From an uncultured Clostridia bacterium (GTDB taxonomy: Bacteria; Bacillota; Clostridia; TANB77; CAG-508), in assembly GCA_934130085.1 (NCBI GenBank), contig CAKOXK010000002.1, positions 4,613-68,612 on the forward strand: a DNA stretch of 64,000 nt, read 5' to 3'. The notes under the pieces were generated by a model. That model had not been told where the DNA came from, made no database searches, and worked only from the letters and a program-made list of their open reading frames with translations. Both the position numbers and the translations under genes were made by a program. Positions 1-10,930 of this stretch are shown here, in pieces (position 1 is the stretch's first letter; each line of letters opens with the position of its first letter).

Positions 1-1217
1 AATTCTGCTGACATAGCACAAGCCTTTTCAAAGAAGTATATTAGTTCACCAATACTTTTTGCAGTTAAATCTTTTATATTAATTTTAATGTTTGGAACCT
101 CTCCTGCAACGTGTGCTTTTATTGTTCCTTCCATTGCCTTTTGATTAATATATGATAGTTTTTTTCCAACTAAATAATTCAAATTGTCTAAATTATCTTC
201 ATCATTATTTATTGTTATGTCTGTTTCACTGTTTTCAAATGATAATACTGTTTCAAACATTATTCTTGAGCCATCTTGTATGAATTGTCCTAAAGAATGC
301 AAATCCGTTGTAAATTCTGCTCCAGCTGGAAATATTCCTTTATGTTCTTTTCCTTCACTCTCTCCAAAAAGCTGTTTCCACCATTCTATAAAATAATGCA
401 TTCTTGGTTCATAACTCTCTAACATTTCTACTGATTTTCCGCTCTCATATAATAAGTTTCTTAATACTGCATATTGATAACATTTATTATATTCTAATGA
501 ACTATCAGAGTACTTATCTTCCCCAATCATCGCACCTTCAATTAATTCATCAATGTCAACTCCTGATACTGCGATTGGCAATAATCCGACTGGAGTTAGT
601 ACGGAAAATCTTCCTCCTACATCATCTGGTATTACAAATGTTTCATAGTTTTCAGCATTAGAAAGTGCCTTTAAAGCTCCCTTTTTCTTGTCTGTTGTGA
701 CATATATTCTTTTTCTGGCTTCTTCAATACCATATTTTCCTTCTATTATTTCTCTAAAAATTCTAAATGCAATTGCAGGCTCTGTTGTCGTTCCTGATTT
801 TGATATAACGTTGATACTAAAGTCTTTCCCTTCTATTAAATGAATTACATCATTTATATAGTTTGCACTTAAGTTATTACCTACAAATACTACTCTTGTT
901 TTGCCTTCATCTGTTATGTAAAATGATTGATGTAATGCGTCAATTACGGCTCTTGCACCTAGATATGATCCTCCAATTCCAATTACTAATAGTATATCAG
1001 AATCTTTTTTTATTTTATCTGCAGCTTTTTTTATTCTATTGTATTCTTCTGTTTCTCTGTATTTACTTGGCAAATGAATCCAGCCACAGAATTGGCCCTC
1101 ATTATCTTCTGCCTTTACTAATAACTCATTGTTTATTTCTTCAACTACATCTGAATGCTCGAAGATTTCTTCTTTTGAAAATCCAGCATTCTCAAAATCG
1201 GCTCTTAAATTTGACAT
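1..1217 (-). CDS. pgi: glucose-6-phosphate isomerase (3' end beyond window start; start codon ATG at complement 1215-1217)
   Basis: Manual translation of the minus strand gives MSNLRADFENAGFSKEEIF...LVIGIGGSYLGARAV...ISKSGTTTEP...GGRFSVLTPVGLLP, which are typical bacterial PGI motifs. No stop is reached before the window edge, so the ORF track does not list it. Confidence 0.85.
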   Translation of the reverse strand, partial: MSNLRADFENAGFSKEEIFEHSDVVEEINNELLVKAEDNEGQFCGWIHLPSKYRETEEYNRIKKAADKIKKDSDILLVIGIGGSYLGARAVIDALHQSFYITDEGKTRVVFVGNNLSANYINDVIHLIEGKDFSINVISKSGTTTEPAIAFRIFREIIEGKYGIEEARKRIYVTTDKKKGALKALSNAENYETFVIPDDVGGRFSVLTPVGLLPIAVSGVDIDELIEGAMIGEDKYSDSSLEYNKCYQYAVLRNLLYESGKSVEMLESYEPRMHYFIEWWKQLFGESEGKEHKGIFPAGAEFTTDLHSLGQFIQDGSRIMFETVLSFENSETDITINNDEDNLDNLNYLVGKKLSYINQKAMEGTIKAHVAGEVPNIKINIKDLTAKSIGELIYFFEKACAMSAE

Positions 1218-1410
1218 ACTTTTTCCCTTGTAAAATTTTATTTAGGTTTTATGCTCATAATTTTTCATTCTATTTTGTTTTAATTTAATTTTATTTTGTC
1301 ATTTATTTATTTTCTCACGTTTCTTTTATTTCTAATAAGAAAAATTAAAACTTTTATTTATGTGTAAACCTATAAAACACTCTTTTATTAATTTTGATGT
1401 TGTTTACTAA

Positions 1411-2382
1411 TTATTTCATTAAATATTCTGGATGAGATGTATACCAGTCTATTGTTTTTATTATTCCGTCTTCAAATTTTGTTTTAGGAAGCCATCCTAG
1501 CTCTGAATGTATTTTGCTTGGGTCTATTGCATATCTATAATCATGTCCTTTTCTGTCTGTTACATGTTCAATTAATGTTTCTGGTTTATTTAAATGTTTT
1601 AATATTAGTTTAACAATTTCAATATTTCTTTTTTCGTTATGACCACCTATGTTATATCTTTCTCCTTTTTTTCCATTATGGAGTACTAAATCAATTGCCT
1701 CACAGTGATCTTCAACATAAAGCCAATCTCTTATATTTAATCCCTCTCCATAAACTGGGAGTTTCTTATCTTGTAATGCTAATGATATAATATGTGGAAT
1801 TAACTTTTCATAATGTTGATATGGTCCATAATTATTTGAGCAATTTGTAACACTTACATTCATATTATAAGTTTTAGCATAAGCAAGTGCTATTAAATCA
1901 GAACTTGCTTTTGATGCAGAATATGGACTGTTTGGCTTAATTGGTGACGTTTCTGTAAAATATCCTTCCTCCTTTAATGAGCCATACACTTCATCTGTTG
2001 ATATATGAACAAATTTGTTCTCAGAACCCTCTTTCCATATTTGACGTGCTGCCTCAAGTAAGGTATGTGTGCCTATGACATTTGTGTGTGTAAAAATAAA
2101 TGGATTTTTTATTGAGTTATCAACATGTGATTCTGCAGCAAAATGAACAATTGCATCAATATTATATTTTTCAAGTGTTTTCTTTACAAATTCGAAATCA
2201 CATATATCACCTTTTATAAAAGTAATCTTGTCTTTTATTTTATCAAGATTATTTAGATTTCCAGCATAAGTTAACTTATCATACACATATAAGTTGTATT
2301 TACCATCATATTTTTTCACCATAAGTTCTGCAAAATTTGCTCCTATAAATCCAGCAGCTCCTGTAATTAATATATTCTTCAT
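1411..2382 (-). CDS. rfbB: dTDP-glucose 4,6-dehydratase
   Basis: N-terminal GAAGFIG Rossmann motif and HISTDEVYG; the size (323 aa) and context with rfbACD fit. An AAGGA RBS lies 8 nt upstream of the ATG. Confidence 0.9.
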   Translation of the reverse strand: MKNILITGAAGFIGANFAELMVKKYDGKYNLYVYDKLTYAGNLNNLDKIKDKITFIKGDICDFEFVKKTLEKYNIDAIVHFAAESHVDNSIKNPFIFTHTNVIGTHTLLEAARQIWKEGSENKFVHISTDEVYGSLKEEGYFTETSPIKPNSPYSASKASSDLIALAYAKTYNMNVSVTNCSNNYGPYQHYEKLIPHIISLALQDKKLPVYGEGLNIRDWLYVEDHCEAIDLVLHNGKKGERYNIGGHNEKRNIEIVKLILKHLNKPETLIEHVTDRKGHDYRYAIDPSKIHSELGWLPKTKFEDGIIKTIDWYTSHPEYLMK

Positions 2383-2559
2383 TTTACTATCCTTAATATT
2401 TATTTAGGTTTAAAGTAGCCTATAACTTTTATTTTGTCAATTGATAATTTATTGCATTTTTATTTTTCAGTTCTTATACATAGATTCTAAAAATGCTTTT
2501 CGTTTTATATTTTATTTTTCATTTCTTATATTTTATATTTTATATTTTATATTTTGTTT

Positions 2560-3150
2560 TTATTTTTTTTCAATCCTATACTCTTGAAACAATCCTTCAC
2601 TTCTTAATTCATTTAAAGTTGGCCATTTCGAATCTTTTTCTGATGTTAAATACTCCTGTATTCCATCGATTTTTGGCCATTTAATGTTTATTTCTTTATC
2701 ATTCCACATTACTCCACCTTCAGATTCATGATCATATATATTATCTACCTTATAGCAAAATTCTGCAATATCTGATAGTACTAAAAAGCCATGTGCAAAT
2801 CCTCTTGGTATATAAAACATTTTTTTATTTTCTTCTGATAAAATTACACCTTCCCATTTTCCATAGGTTTCACTATTTGGTCTTAGGTCCACTGCAACAT
2901 CAAATACTTCTCCTTTAATGCATCTTACAATTTTAGCCTGTGAATGGTTCTTTTGAAAATGTAATCCTCTTAGAACGCCTTTTTTTGAACGTGATTGGTT
3001 ATCTTGTACAAACTCACCATTTATTCCAATTTCTTTGAAGTCTGACTTTTCATAAGTTTCCATAAAATATCCTCTTTCATCTCCAAATACTGTTGGTTCG
3101 ATTATATAAACACCATTTATTTTTGTATCAATTCTTTTAAATTTTCCCAT
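2560..3150 (-). CDS. rfbC: dTDP-4-dehydrorhamnose 3,5-epimerase (start probably the internal Met, MGKFKRID...)
   Basis: Cupin-type RmlC sequence (IIEPTVFGDERGYF...LRGLHFQ...HGF). The ORF track begins 5 codons earlier. Confidence 0.88.
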   Translation of the reverse strand: MGKFKRIDTKINGVYIIEPTVFGDERGYFMETYEKSDFKEIGINGEFVQDNQSRSKKGVLRGLHFQKNHSQAKIVRCIKGEVFDVAVDLRPNSETYGKWEGVILSEENKKMFYIPRGFAHGFLVLSDIAEFCYKVDNIYDHESEGGVMWNDKEINIKWPKIDGIQEYLTSEKDSKWPTLNELRSEGLFQEYRIEKK

Positions 3151-3200
3151 AATCTTTTCATGCATATTGCCTTACAGGCCTAGCATAACCTCCTTTATTA

Positions 3201-4082
3201 TTAGTAATTGTCTTCTACTAAATCTTTTAGAAATACTCCATAATCATTCTTTTTTAATGTTTCAGCTAAAATTGATATTTGTTTTTTATCAATCCATCCA
3301 TTTTCAAATGCAATTTCTTCTGGTGCACATATTTGCAGTCCTTGTCTTTTTTCTATTGTTTGTACAAAACTTGCTGTTTCTAATAGAGCATCATGTGTTC
3401 CTGTATCAAACCAAGCCATACCTCTTCCTAATTTTTCAACCTTTAATTTGTGATTTTTCATATAAACCTCATTTATTGAAGTTATTTCAAGTTCTCCTCT
3501 TGCTGATGGTTTAATTTCCTTTGCAATTTGAACAACATCATTTGTATAAAAGTATAGTCCTGGAACCGCAAAGTCTGACTTTGGGCTTTCTGGTTTTTCT
3601 TCTATTGAAATAGCATTACCTTCTTTATCCATCTCAACAACTCCATATCTTCTTGGATCTTTTACCCTATAGCCAAATATTGTCGATTCGTCTTCTCTAT
3701 TGCTAGCTCGAATTAAAATATCTTTTAAATTTCCTCCATAGAACATATTGTCCCCTAATATCATGGCAACATTTGAATCTTTTATAAAATCTTCTGCAAT
3801 TATAAAAGCTTCAGCTAGTCCTCTTGGCTTTTCCTGAATTTTATACTCTAAATTAATTCCCCATTTTGAACCATCGCCTAATAGTTCCTTAAACATTTGC
3901 TGATCTCTTGGAGTAGTTATTATCAAAATATCTCTAATCTTCGCTTCCATTAAAACATATAATGGATAATATATCATTGGTTTATCATAAACTGGCATTA
4001 TTTGTTTAGATATAGCAAGTGTTAGTGGGTAAAGTCTTGTTCCTGATCCACCTGCTAATATTATACCTTTTCTATCTTTCAT
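3201..4082 (-). CDS. rfbA: glucose-1-phosphate thymidylyltransferase
   Basis: The [16 protein letters not shown] nucleotidyltransferase signature; 293 aa; AAGGA RBS. Confidence 0.92.
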   Translation of the reverse strand: MKDRKGIILAGGSGTRLYPLTLAISKQIMPVYDKPMIYYPLYVLMEAKIRDILIITTPRDQQMFKELLGDGSKWGINLEYKIQEKPRGLAEAFIIAEDFIKDSNVAMILGDNMFYGGNLKDILIRASNREDESTIFGYRVKDPRRYGVVEMDKEGNAISIEEKPESPKSDFAVPGLYFYTNDVVQIAKEIKPSARGELEITSINEVYMKNHKLKVEKLGRGMAWFDTGTHDALLETASFVQTIEKRQGLQICAPEEIAFENGWIDKKQISILAETLKKNDYGVFLKDLVEDNY

Positions 4083-4111
4083 ATCTAATCCTTCTTTTCT
4101 TACTTATATGT

Positions 4112-4951
4112 TTAATTTTCCGTCTCTAAGTATCTTTCTAACGCATTTTCGTATGTTGGTATTGTTATTCCATTTTTCAATAATTTATCTTTTGACATTT
4201 GAGAATTCTTCGGTCTCTTAGCAGGACTATTAAATGTTTCACTACTAACTGGTATGACTTTACATTTTATTCCTTTAAGTTCATATATACCTTTTGTAAA
4301 ATCATACCATGTTGTAAATCCTATATTAGTTGCATTATAAACTCCAAATGGTATTCTTTTTATAATTGCTTGATGAATTATACTTGCTAAGTCAACTGCG
4401 TAAGTTGGTGAGCCGTGTTGATCATTTACAACAGTTACTTCATTTCTCGTTTTTGAAGCTTCTATCATTGTTCTAACAAAATTATGACCTTCGCCATAAA
4501 GCCATGCGGTTCTAAATATGTAATATTTTTTGCATTCCGCTTCTACAAATTTTTCCCCTTCAAGTTTTGTGGTTCCATATACTGCTTGTGGATGTTTTTC
4601 ATCATCTTCATCATAACATTCATTTATTGGCTTCGAACCACCAAAAACATAGTCTGTTGAGATGTGTACCAAAATTGCATCATTTATTTTGCTTGCAATT
4701 GCTAGATTCTTTGGACCAATCGCATTTATCTTATAAGCCAAATCTTCTTCTGTCTCCGCTTTATCAACAGCAGTATATCCTGCGCAATTTATTATAAGTT
4801 CTGGCTTTTTCTTTGAAACATATTCTTTTACAGCTTCTAAGTCTGTAATATCTAAATCTTTAACATCTGTTAAAATTAATTCATCTTCTCTAAATTCATT
4901 TCTAACTGCTTTTGCAAGCATTCCATTAGCACCTGTTATTAAAATTTTCAT
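4112..4951 (-). CDS. rfbD: dTDP-4-dehydrorhamnose reductase (start taken at the internal MKILITG; the ORF-track start at 5041 would add an atypical 30-aa K-rich extension)
   Basis: MKILITGANGMLAK Rossmann N-terminus and the length of RmlD-family proteins. The start is ambiguous and no strong RBS is seen for either candidate. Confidence 0.8.
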   Translation of the reverse strand: MKILITGANGMLAKAVRNEFREDELILTDVKDLDITDLEAVKEYVSKKKPELIINCAGYTAVDKAETEEDLAYKINAIGPKNLAIASKINDAILVHISTDYVFGGSKPINECYDEDDEKHPQAVYGTTKLEGEKFVEAECKKYYIFRTAWLYGEGHNFVRTMIEASKTRNEVTVVNDQHGSPTYAVDLASIIHQAIIKRIPFGVYNATNIGFTTWYDFTKGIYELKGIKCKVIPVSSETFNSPAKRPKNSQMSKDKLLKNGITIPTYENALERYLETEN

Positions 4952-5125
4952 ACATTCACAGTGATTTTTTATCACATTCTCCTCTCTAAATAATTCTTTG
5001 TTCTTATTCTTTTTTGATGGTCTTATTCTTTTCTTTACCATTTACGCTACTTGTTATTACATTTATACAACTTGTTATTATTAATTTTTATACTTGATGT
5101 ATTTATTGTCATATATTTCTCTGTT

Positions 5126-6595
5126 TTATTTTGCATTTTCATTTGCTCTTTTTTTCTTGCCTTTTGCTATCTTCTTTACAAGATCAAATAAATATTCAAA
5201 TGAATCAATTTTTAGCATTTTTGAGCCCCATATATATACAATCATTCCAACTATTACCTGTATTATAAAAGACATTATTGTTGGTAATTTTATTAGCCCT
5301 ACCCAATATACAATTACACCCATAATCAAAGCCAATATTATGCTTGGCAAAATATCTTTTATTTGTTCTATATAGCTATAGCCTAATAGCTTTTTATTTG
5401 GCCATGAATTAATTAATTGACTAATTAATCCACTCACTAATAAGCTTAATGCCATTGCCATTGGACTTATTCTCATTGTTAATAACAATAAGATTATACC
5501 TACTATCTTTTTTATAATTTCCATTTTTAAAAACAAATCGCTTCTACCCATTGATTTTATTGCATTTAAGTTGGCTGTATGTATTGGATAAAACATATAT
5601 GTTATACAGAATATACATAAGTAAGGTACACATTCCATCCATTTTTCAGTTAATAGAAGTTTAACAACATTGTTTGATGTAAATGCTAGTCCCATCATTA
5701 ATGGAGCCATAATATAAATACTTGTTTTTATAGCCCTTCTTGTCATGTCTCTAACACGTTCTTTATTCTCTTGTTCATTTGACATTGTAGGCAATAATAC
5801 ACTATCAATTGATGTATTTATATTTGTTACTATTATATTAGGAAACTGTTTTCCTCTATTATAGTATGCTAATTCAGACGATGAATACAACTTTCCAATT
5901 ATCAATTGACGAACATTTTCATAAGTTGTGTCAATTAGTGATGAAACAAGAAGCTTCCATCCGTATGAAAATAATCCCTTTAACCTTTTAAAAGAAAATT
6001 TTAATTTTGGTCTCCATTTAACAGTAATCCATAAAACTATTGTATCAACTGTCAAGTTAAATAATTGTTGTGTAACTAATGCCCAAACTCCAAATCCTTT
6101 TAATGCCATAGCAATTCCAATTATTGCAGCTCCTATTGTTCCTGCTAATGTTGCGAAAAAGAATTTTTTAAATATTAATTTTCTTGATACATAAGCCTGT
6201 TGTACATTTTTTACTCCTGATATAATTATTGTTAAGCTTAATACTCTTATGAGTGCTATTAATGATTGATCTTTATAAAAATTAGCAATGATCGGTGCAC
6301 ATAAAAACACCAACAAGTATAATATTAAACATGAAAATAGGTTTGTATAAAATACCGTTGAAAAATCTATATCGTCAGCATCTTTTTTTTGAATAAGTGC
6401 ATTTCCAAGTCCGCTATCCACAAAAACTTGCAAAATATTTGTAAATACCGTTATTAAAGCTATTGTACCATAAGCTTCCGGAGCTAATATTCTTGCAAGT
6501 ACAATTGATACTATAAAAGATACAATTTGCGCTCCACATCTTTCTGCAAATCTCCATATTATGTTTGAAAAAACATTTTGTTTTGTATTTTCCAT
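5126..6595 (-). CDS. polysaccharide flippase, Wzx-like (MOP superfamily), 489 aa
   Basis: A multi-pass membrane protein with the N-terminal pattern typical of Wzx/polysaccharide biosynthesis proteins (FSNIIWRFAERCGAQIVSFIVSIVLARIL...). It lies in a glycan locus. Confidence 0.75.
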   Translation of the reverse strand: MENTKQNVFSNIIWRFAERCGAQIVSFIVSIVLARILAPEAYGTIALITVFTNILQVFVDSGLGNALIQKKDADDIDFSTVFYTNLFSCLILYLLVFLCAPIIANFYKDQSLIALIRVLSLTIIISGVKNVQQAYVSRKLIFKKFFFATLAGTIGAAIIGIAMALKGFGVWALVTQQLFNLTVDTIVLWITVKWRPKLKFSFKRLKGLFSYGWKLLVSSLIDTTYENVRQLIIGKLYSSSELAYYNRGKQFPNIIVTNINTSIDSVLLPTMSNEQENKERVRDMTRRAIKTSIYIMAPLMMGLAFTSNNVVKLLLTEKWMECVPYLCIFCITYMFYPIHTANLNAIKSMGRSDLFLKMEIIKKIVGIILLLLTMRISPMAMALSLLVSGLISQLINSWPNKKLLGYSYIEQIKDILPSIILALIMGVIVYWVGLIKLPTIMSFIIQVIVGMIVYIWGSKMLKIDSFEYLFDLVKKIAKGKKKRANENAK

Positions 6596-6620
6596 TGTTT
6601 ATCCTTTTCGTTGTTACAAA

Positions 6621-7724
6621 TTATTTATTTAAAATGATATCGCAAATTCTATTTGCATCCTCTTCAGAAAGTCCTGCATACATTGGTATTGTTAAAACAT
6701 TTTCTGAAATCTTCTTTGCAATTGGTGTTTCATTTACATCAAATTGACCTTTATAGCAGTCAAAAGCTGATGTTATTGGATAAAAATACTTTCTAGCAAA
6801 TATGTTCTCTTTTGCAAGTTTCTCAGCTATCTCATCTCTGCTCTTTCCAAATTTTTCTTTATCAAATACTACTGGATAATATGCAAAGTTAGGTTTTACA
6901 TTCTTTTGCGTTTTAGATATTTTAATTCCTTCAACATTCTGTAATCTTTTTGTATATATTTCATAAACTTTTTTTCTTTTTTCAATCTCTTCATCTAAAT
7001 GTCTTAGATTGCATAATCCCATTGCTGCCTGAAACTCATTCATTTTTGAATTAATTCCAACATCAATTACATGTTCTTGATCTATTATTCCAAAATTTTT
7101 ATAACTATCAAATTCGCTTTTTAGACCTAAATCATTATATACTAGAGCTCCCCCCTCTATTGTATTAAATACTTTAGTTGCATGAAAGCTAAACATTGAA
7201 ACATCTCCAAAGCTTCCTATTCCTTTTCCATCTATCTCTACTCCAAAAACATGTGCAGCATCATAAATAACTTTTAAATTATGCTTTTTTGCAATTTCTT
7301 CTATTCTTTTTACATCACAAGCATGCCCATAAACATGTACTGGAACTATGGCTGTTGTTTTTGGCGTAATCTTTTCTTCTATTTTATCTACGTCAATCGT
7401 GTAATCATCTTCATTTATATCACAAAATACAGGTTTTAGTCCATTTTGAACTATTGCATGTGTTGTTGATGCAAATGTAAATGGAGTAGTTATTACTTCA
7501 CCTGTTAAATTCATTTTATGTATAGCTGTATATAATGCAAGATGTCCATTATTAAACAATGATATGTTTTTAACCTTTAGCTTTTCACATAATTCTTTTT
7601 CAAGTTCTTGATGCTTCACTCCCATATTTGTAAGCCATCTAGTTTCAAATATATCTTTAATTTCTTCTTCATATTCTTCAAGTGTTGGCATTGAAGATCT
7701 TGTTACCATTATTTTGTCACTCAT
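6621..7724 (-). CDS. DegT/DnrJ/EryC1/StrS-family PLP-dependent sugar aminotransferase (WecE-like)
   Basis: 367 aa with the fold-I aminotransferase pattern, and a neighbour of rfb genes. It could make a dTDP-4-amino-4,6-dideoxyhexose. Confidence 0.8.
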   Translation of the reverse strand: MSDKIMVTRSSMPTLEEYEEEIKDIFETRWLTNMGVKHQELEKELCEKLKVKNISLFNNGHLALYTAIHKMNLTGEVITTPFTFASTTHAIVQNGLKPVFCDINEDDYTIDVDKIEEKITPKTTAIVPVHVYGHACDVKRIEEIAKKHNLKVIYDAAHVFGVEIDGKGIGSFGDVSMFSFHATKVFNTIEGGALVYNDLGLKSEFDSYKNFGIIDQEHVIDVGINSKMNEFQAAMGLCNLRHLDEEIEKRKKVYEIYTKRLQNVEGIKISKTQKNVKPNFAYYPVVFDKEKFGKSRDEIAEKLAKENIFARKYFYPITSAFDCYKGQFDVNETPIAKKISENVLTIPMYAGLSEEDANRICDIILNK

Positions 7725-7725
7725 A

Positions 7726-8727
7726 TTATCTTCCTCTTAATTCTAAAAATCTATCTACTTCCATTTCCTTTTTGTAATCCTCTAGTAGTTCTCTTATTCC
7801 ATATTTGGGTTCATAACCCAATTCTTCTTTTGCGTTGGTTACATCTAATGCAAATCCACCACTGTTCTTCTTTTCAGGGCAATATACAATCTTAGACTTA
7901 TTATTTTCATTTGAAAAAACATCTACTATTGTTCTTACTTTTTCCTCTAAAGTTACAGGTTTTCCTGTTCCAATATTATAAAAACCATTTTCTCTATCAA
8001 CCTCAATTGCTTTGCATAATTCCTGGCTGAAATCATACACATGAACCATATCAGTTGAATAGTTTGGATCTCCCCAAATTTCAAGAGGCTCTCCTTTTAT
8101 TGCCATATCAATCATTTTATAAATTGGCCTTAATGTTTTCACTCCATTTGGATAATAATATTGATATGGACTGTAACTATATATTGTTGGAAGTCTAAAT
8201 ACAAAGTATTTGATACCATATTCCGCATAATAATGTTTTAAAAATTCTATTGCAGTATTTTTAGTTATTACATACAAAGCATGATCTCCTTTATAGCTAA
8301 AACATGGCTTTGTATCAGGCTTTGCCATTTCATTATTCTTTATTGCTAATGATATATCAAATACTGTTGTTGTATATAATACTCTGTCAGCTTTTACATT
8401 TTTTGCATATTCTAGTACATTAAATGCACCTATTATATTTGATTGTATATATTTTTCTGGTTGGTATCCATCCATATATGATGGTATTTGTGCTGCAAGT
8501 AATACAATTGCATATACATTGTCTTTTGGTAATTTTTCAAAATCTTCTTTCTTACTTATATCAACACTAATATATTTAACTCCATGCTTTTCAAAAAAAT
8601 CTGTTTTTCTTCTACCTGAAGCAATTATTTCATACTCATCGTTGTTAAAATACTCAATAGCATATTTTGTAAAATAGCTTCCTACATTTCCTGTAGCTCC
8701 AAATATAATTATTTTCTTTCTATTCAT
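7726..8727 (-). CDS. NAD-dependent epimerase/dehydratase (extended SDR)
   Basis: IIIFGATGNVGSY Rossmann motif; 333 aa. Confidence 0.7.
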   Translation of the reverse strand: MNRKKIIIFGATGNVGSYFTKYAIEYFNNDEYEIIASGRRKTDFFEKHGVKYISVDISKKEDFEKLPKDNVYAIVLLAAQIPSYMDGYQPEKYIQSNIIGAFNVLEYAKNVKADRVLYTTTVFDISLAIKNNEMAKPDTKPCFSYKGDHALYVITKNTAIEFLKHYYAEYGIKYFVFRLPTIYSYSPYQYYYPNGVKTLRPIYKMIDMAIKGEPLEIWGDPNYSTDMVHVYDFSQELCKAIEVDRENGFYNIGTGKPVTLEEKVRTIVDVFSNENNKSKIVYCPEKKNSGGFALDVTNAKEELGYEPKYGIRELLEDYKKEMEVDRFLELRGR

Positions 8728-9682
8728 AACATGACTCCTTTATAATATTAATTATTCTCTTCATTTCCTCTAAACCATATCTTTGGTCAGATGGTATTAC
8801 CACAATGTTTTTAGCAAAATCGCATGCTTGTATGCTTTTATTCTCTTCAATTACATTTGGCCAAAGCGTTGGCGTAAATATATTTTTATCAATCATGAAT
8901 TTTCTTAAATTTTCTCCATCTTTAATATATAATGGATAAGAATATGCGCCTTCTATATTTTCTAATTTTAGTTTGTTAATACATTTTAAATTATCATTTA
9001 AGAATTTAAAGTTTTTACTTCTTTTTTCTTTTATTTTATTATAATCAAATGCTCCTAATATCATTTTTGTTGCTTTTGACATCTTCATTAAAGGAAGATT
9101 GTTAAGCAATTCTTCGTTTTTTCTGTAATCAGCAAAAAAATCTTGTGGAGTTTTTTCTAGTCTTCCTAATACATAATTATATCTTCTATTTGATTCATCA
9201 GTATCCAAGCCTTCTTCTTCATCTTTTTCCATTCTTTTATCTGTATAGAGGTATGCCCCATCAGTTACACCAAAAAATTTTCTACATGAATAAATTGTAT
9301 CAACTTTTTCAACATTATTTTGAAAGAAAGCTTGTACATTATCAATTATGATGTTTTTATATTTTTCTTTTAGCTTTAATATAGTTTCATTACTAATTGT
9401 TCCAAAATAATTTACAATATACAAATATTCATCGCTTTTTAGGCTTTTATTAAAAATAGGTAGAAAGTTTGTTCCAATTTCATAGTATTCTCTTTCGCAA
9501 TATTTTTCAATAAAATTTATTGAATCACACATATAGTATGGCGTATAAATTTTTTTAATATTTCTGCTTCTTACGATATATAGCAAGGCATTTCGTGCAC
9601 TATTAAGTTCAATTGCCCCCTTATGATATGGGTTGTTAATTAAACTCTCTAGTTCAAAATAACCTCCAATGCATTTTTCCAT
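8720..9682 (-). CDS. hypothetical protein in glycan locus (family not recognised; overlaps upstream and downstream genes, so co-translated)
   Basis: 320-aa ORF with consistent codon usage and an 8-nt overlap with the downstream SDR gene. A weak, uncertain impression of a WbqC-like sugar-modification protein. Confidence 0.5.
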   Translation of the reverse strand: MEKCIGGYFELESLINNPYHKGAIELNSARNALLYIVRSRNIKKIYTPYYMCDSINFIEKYCEREYYEIGTNFLPIFNKSLKSDEYLYIVNYFGTISNETILKLKEKYKNIIIDNVQAFFQNNVEKVDTIYSCRKFFGVTDGAYLYTDKRMEKDEEEGLDTDESNRRYNYVLGRLEKTPQDFFADYRKNEELLNNLPLMKMSKATKMILGAFDYNKIKEKRSKNFKFLNDNLKCINKLKLENIEGAYSYPLYIKDGENLRKFMIDKNIFTPTLWPNVIEENKSIQACDFAKNIVVIPSDQRYGLEEMKRIINIIKESCYE

Positions 9683-9703
9683 ATTAACCTACCTTGTATT
9701 TTA

Positions 9704-10903
9704 TTATGATAAAATAACTTTTACATATTCTTCTTGACTTTCAATTACTCTTTTTAGTTCTTCTTGATTTTTGAATCTCAAGACCAAAGTTCCTATCGCT
9801 TCATTTGCCCCTGCAAATCCTCCAACCTTTGTGCCTTCTTTAACCCACAAATCTTTCTCCACGATATTATCACTAATTTTCTCTGATGTCCATAATTCTT
9901 TGAATGTTCCTTCTTTTTCACTATGTAAAATTATCTCTGCAAAATTTTCTTTTATTTCCTCTTGCTTCAAATCTATTAATGGTTCTCCTATTGCTGCTCT
10001 AACAACTTCATCAATCAAGTCAATATTTGTCATATATCTAATCATTTCTGATAATCTATTTCCACCACCTCTTGGAGAACATTCCATAATATAGGCTTTC
10101 CCATTTGTACATTCTCTTGTTTCGATATTATATATTGAACTTTTCATATTAAGCAATTTTAATAATCTTTGTATTTCATTTTTTAATTCTTCTTGATGTT
10201 TTTTTGAAATTGTTGCTGGAAAAGTATAAGCAGCAGGTGTATATGGATTTTCGCACTTTTCATCAAACTTTTGAGCAGAAAAAGAAACAAACTTAAGCTC
10301 TCCATTGATTGAAAAACTATCACAATCTGATGAATCATTTACCTTCTCTAGAAAATCTTCAATTATAAATTCATTACAATGTGAGTATTTGAGAGCATAC
10401 TCTATTGCTTCTTTTAAGTTTTCCTTTTTTGAAACTTTTGTTACTCCTTTGCTTCCAGCAGAATCTGTAGGTTTAACAATTACAGGCCAATTGAACATTT
10501 CTGTTTCTTTTAGTGCTTCATCTATATTTGTATATTGCTTTGCAACTGGAACATTAAAATTATTTTCTGTTAAAAATTTTCTAAACTTTCCTTTATTTTG
10601 TAAAATTTCAATAGACTCTAAAGGTCCTGATGTAGGAAGATTCATCTTCTCAGCAACATAAGCAGCAGTTACAACTCCTGGATCACATGCAAATGAAAGA
10701 ATTCCATCAATCTTTCTTTTTCTAGCCTCTTCTAAAACCTTTTCTTTTTCAAGAATGCTTACATTTACGTATTCATCAGAATACTTATGTGCTATATTAT
10801 CTGGTAAATAGTCACAAGTAATTACATATACTCCCATTTTATGAGCAGTTTCTATTACTGGAACTAAATATCTCATTCCACCTAGTAGCATTAACTTTTT
10901 CAT
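9704..10903 (-). CDS. ATP-grasp domain protein (carboxylate-amine ligase-like)
   Basis: A pre-ATP-grasp plus ATP-grasp arrangement: ...FRKFLTENNFNVPVAKQY...WPVIVKPTDSAGSKGV...; 399 aa. Confidence 0.7.
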   Translation of the reverse strand: MKKLMLLGGMRYLVPVIETAHKMGVYVITCDYLPDNIAHKYSDEYVNVSILEKEKVLEEARKRKIDGILSFACDPGVVTAAYVAEKMNLPTSGPLESIEILQNKGKFRKFLTENNFNVPVAKQYTNIDEALKETEMFNWPVIVKPTDSAGSKGVTKVSKKENLKEAIEYALKYSHCNEFIIEDFLEKVNDSSDCDSFSINGELKFVSFSAQKFDEKCENPYTPAAYTFPATISKKHQEELKNEIQRLLKLLNMKSSIYNIETRECTNGKAYIMECSPRGGGNRLSEMIRYMTNIDLIDEVVRAAIGEPLIDLKQEEIKENFAEIILHSEKEGTFKELWTSEKISDNIVEKDLWVKEGTKVGGFAGANEAIGTLVLRFKNQEELKRVIESQEEYVKVILS

Positions 10904-10930
10904 ATTATTCTCCTTCCACAGATTTCAAGA

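Noticed and set aside
184-1288. Three + strand ORFs (70-141 aa) at the left end
   Set aside because: They lie antisense to pgi and have low-complexity leucine/phenylalanine-rich translations typical of AT-rich antisense frames.
4952-5041. N-terminal 30-codon extension of the rfbD ORF
   Set aside because: The K/R-rich, non-conserved sequence (MVKKRIRPSKKNKNK…) precedes the canonical MKILITGANG Rossmann start. It is probably upstream read-through, although the RBS evidence is weak for both starts.
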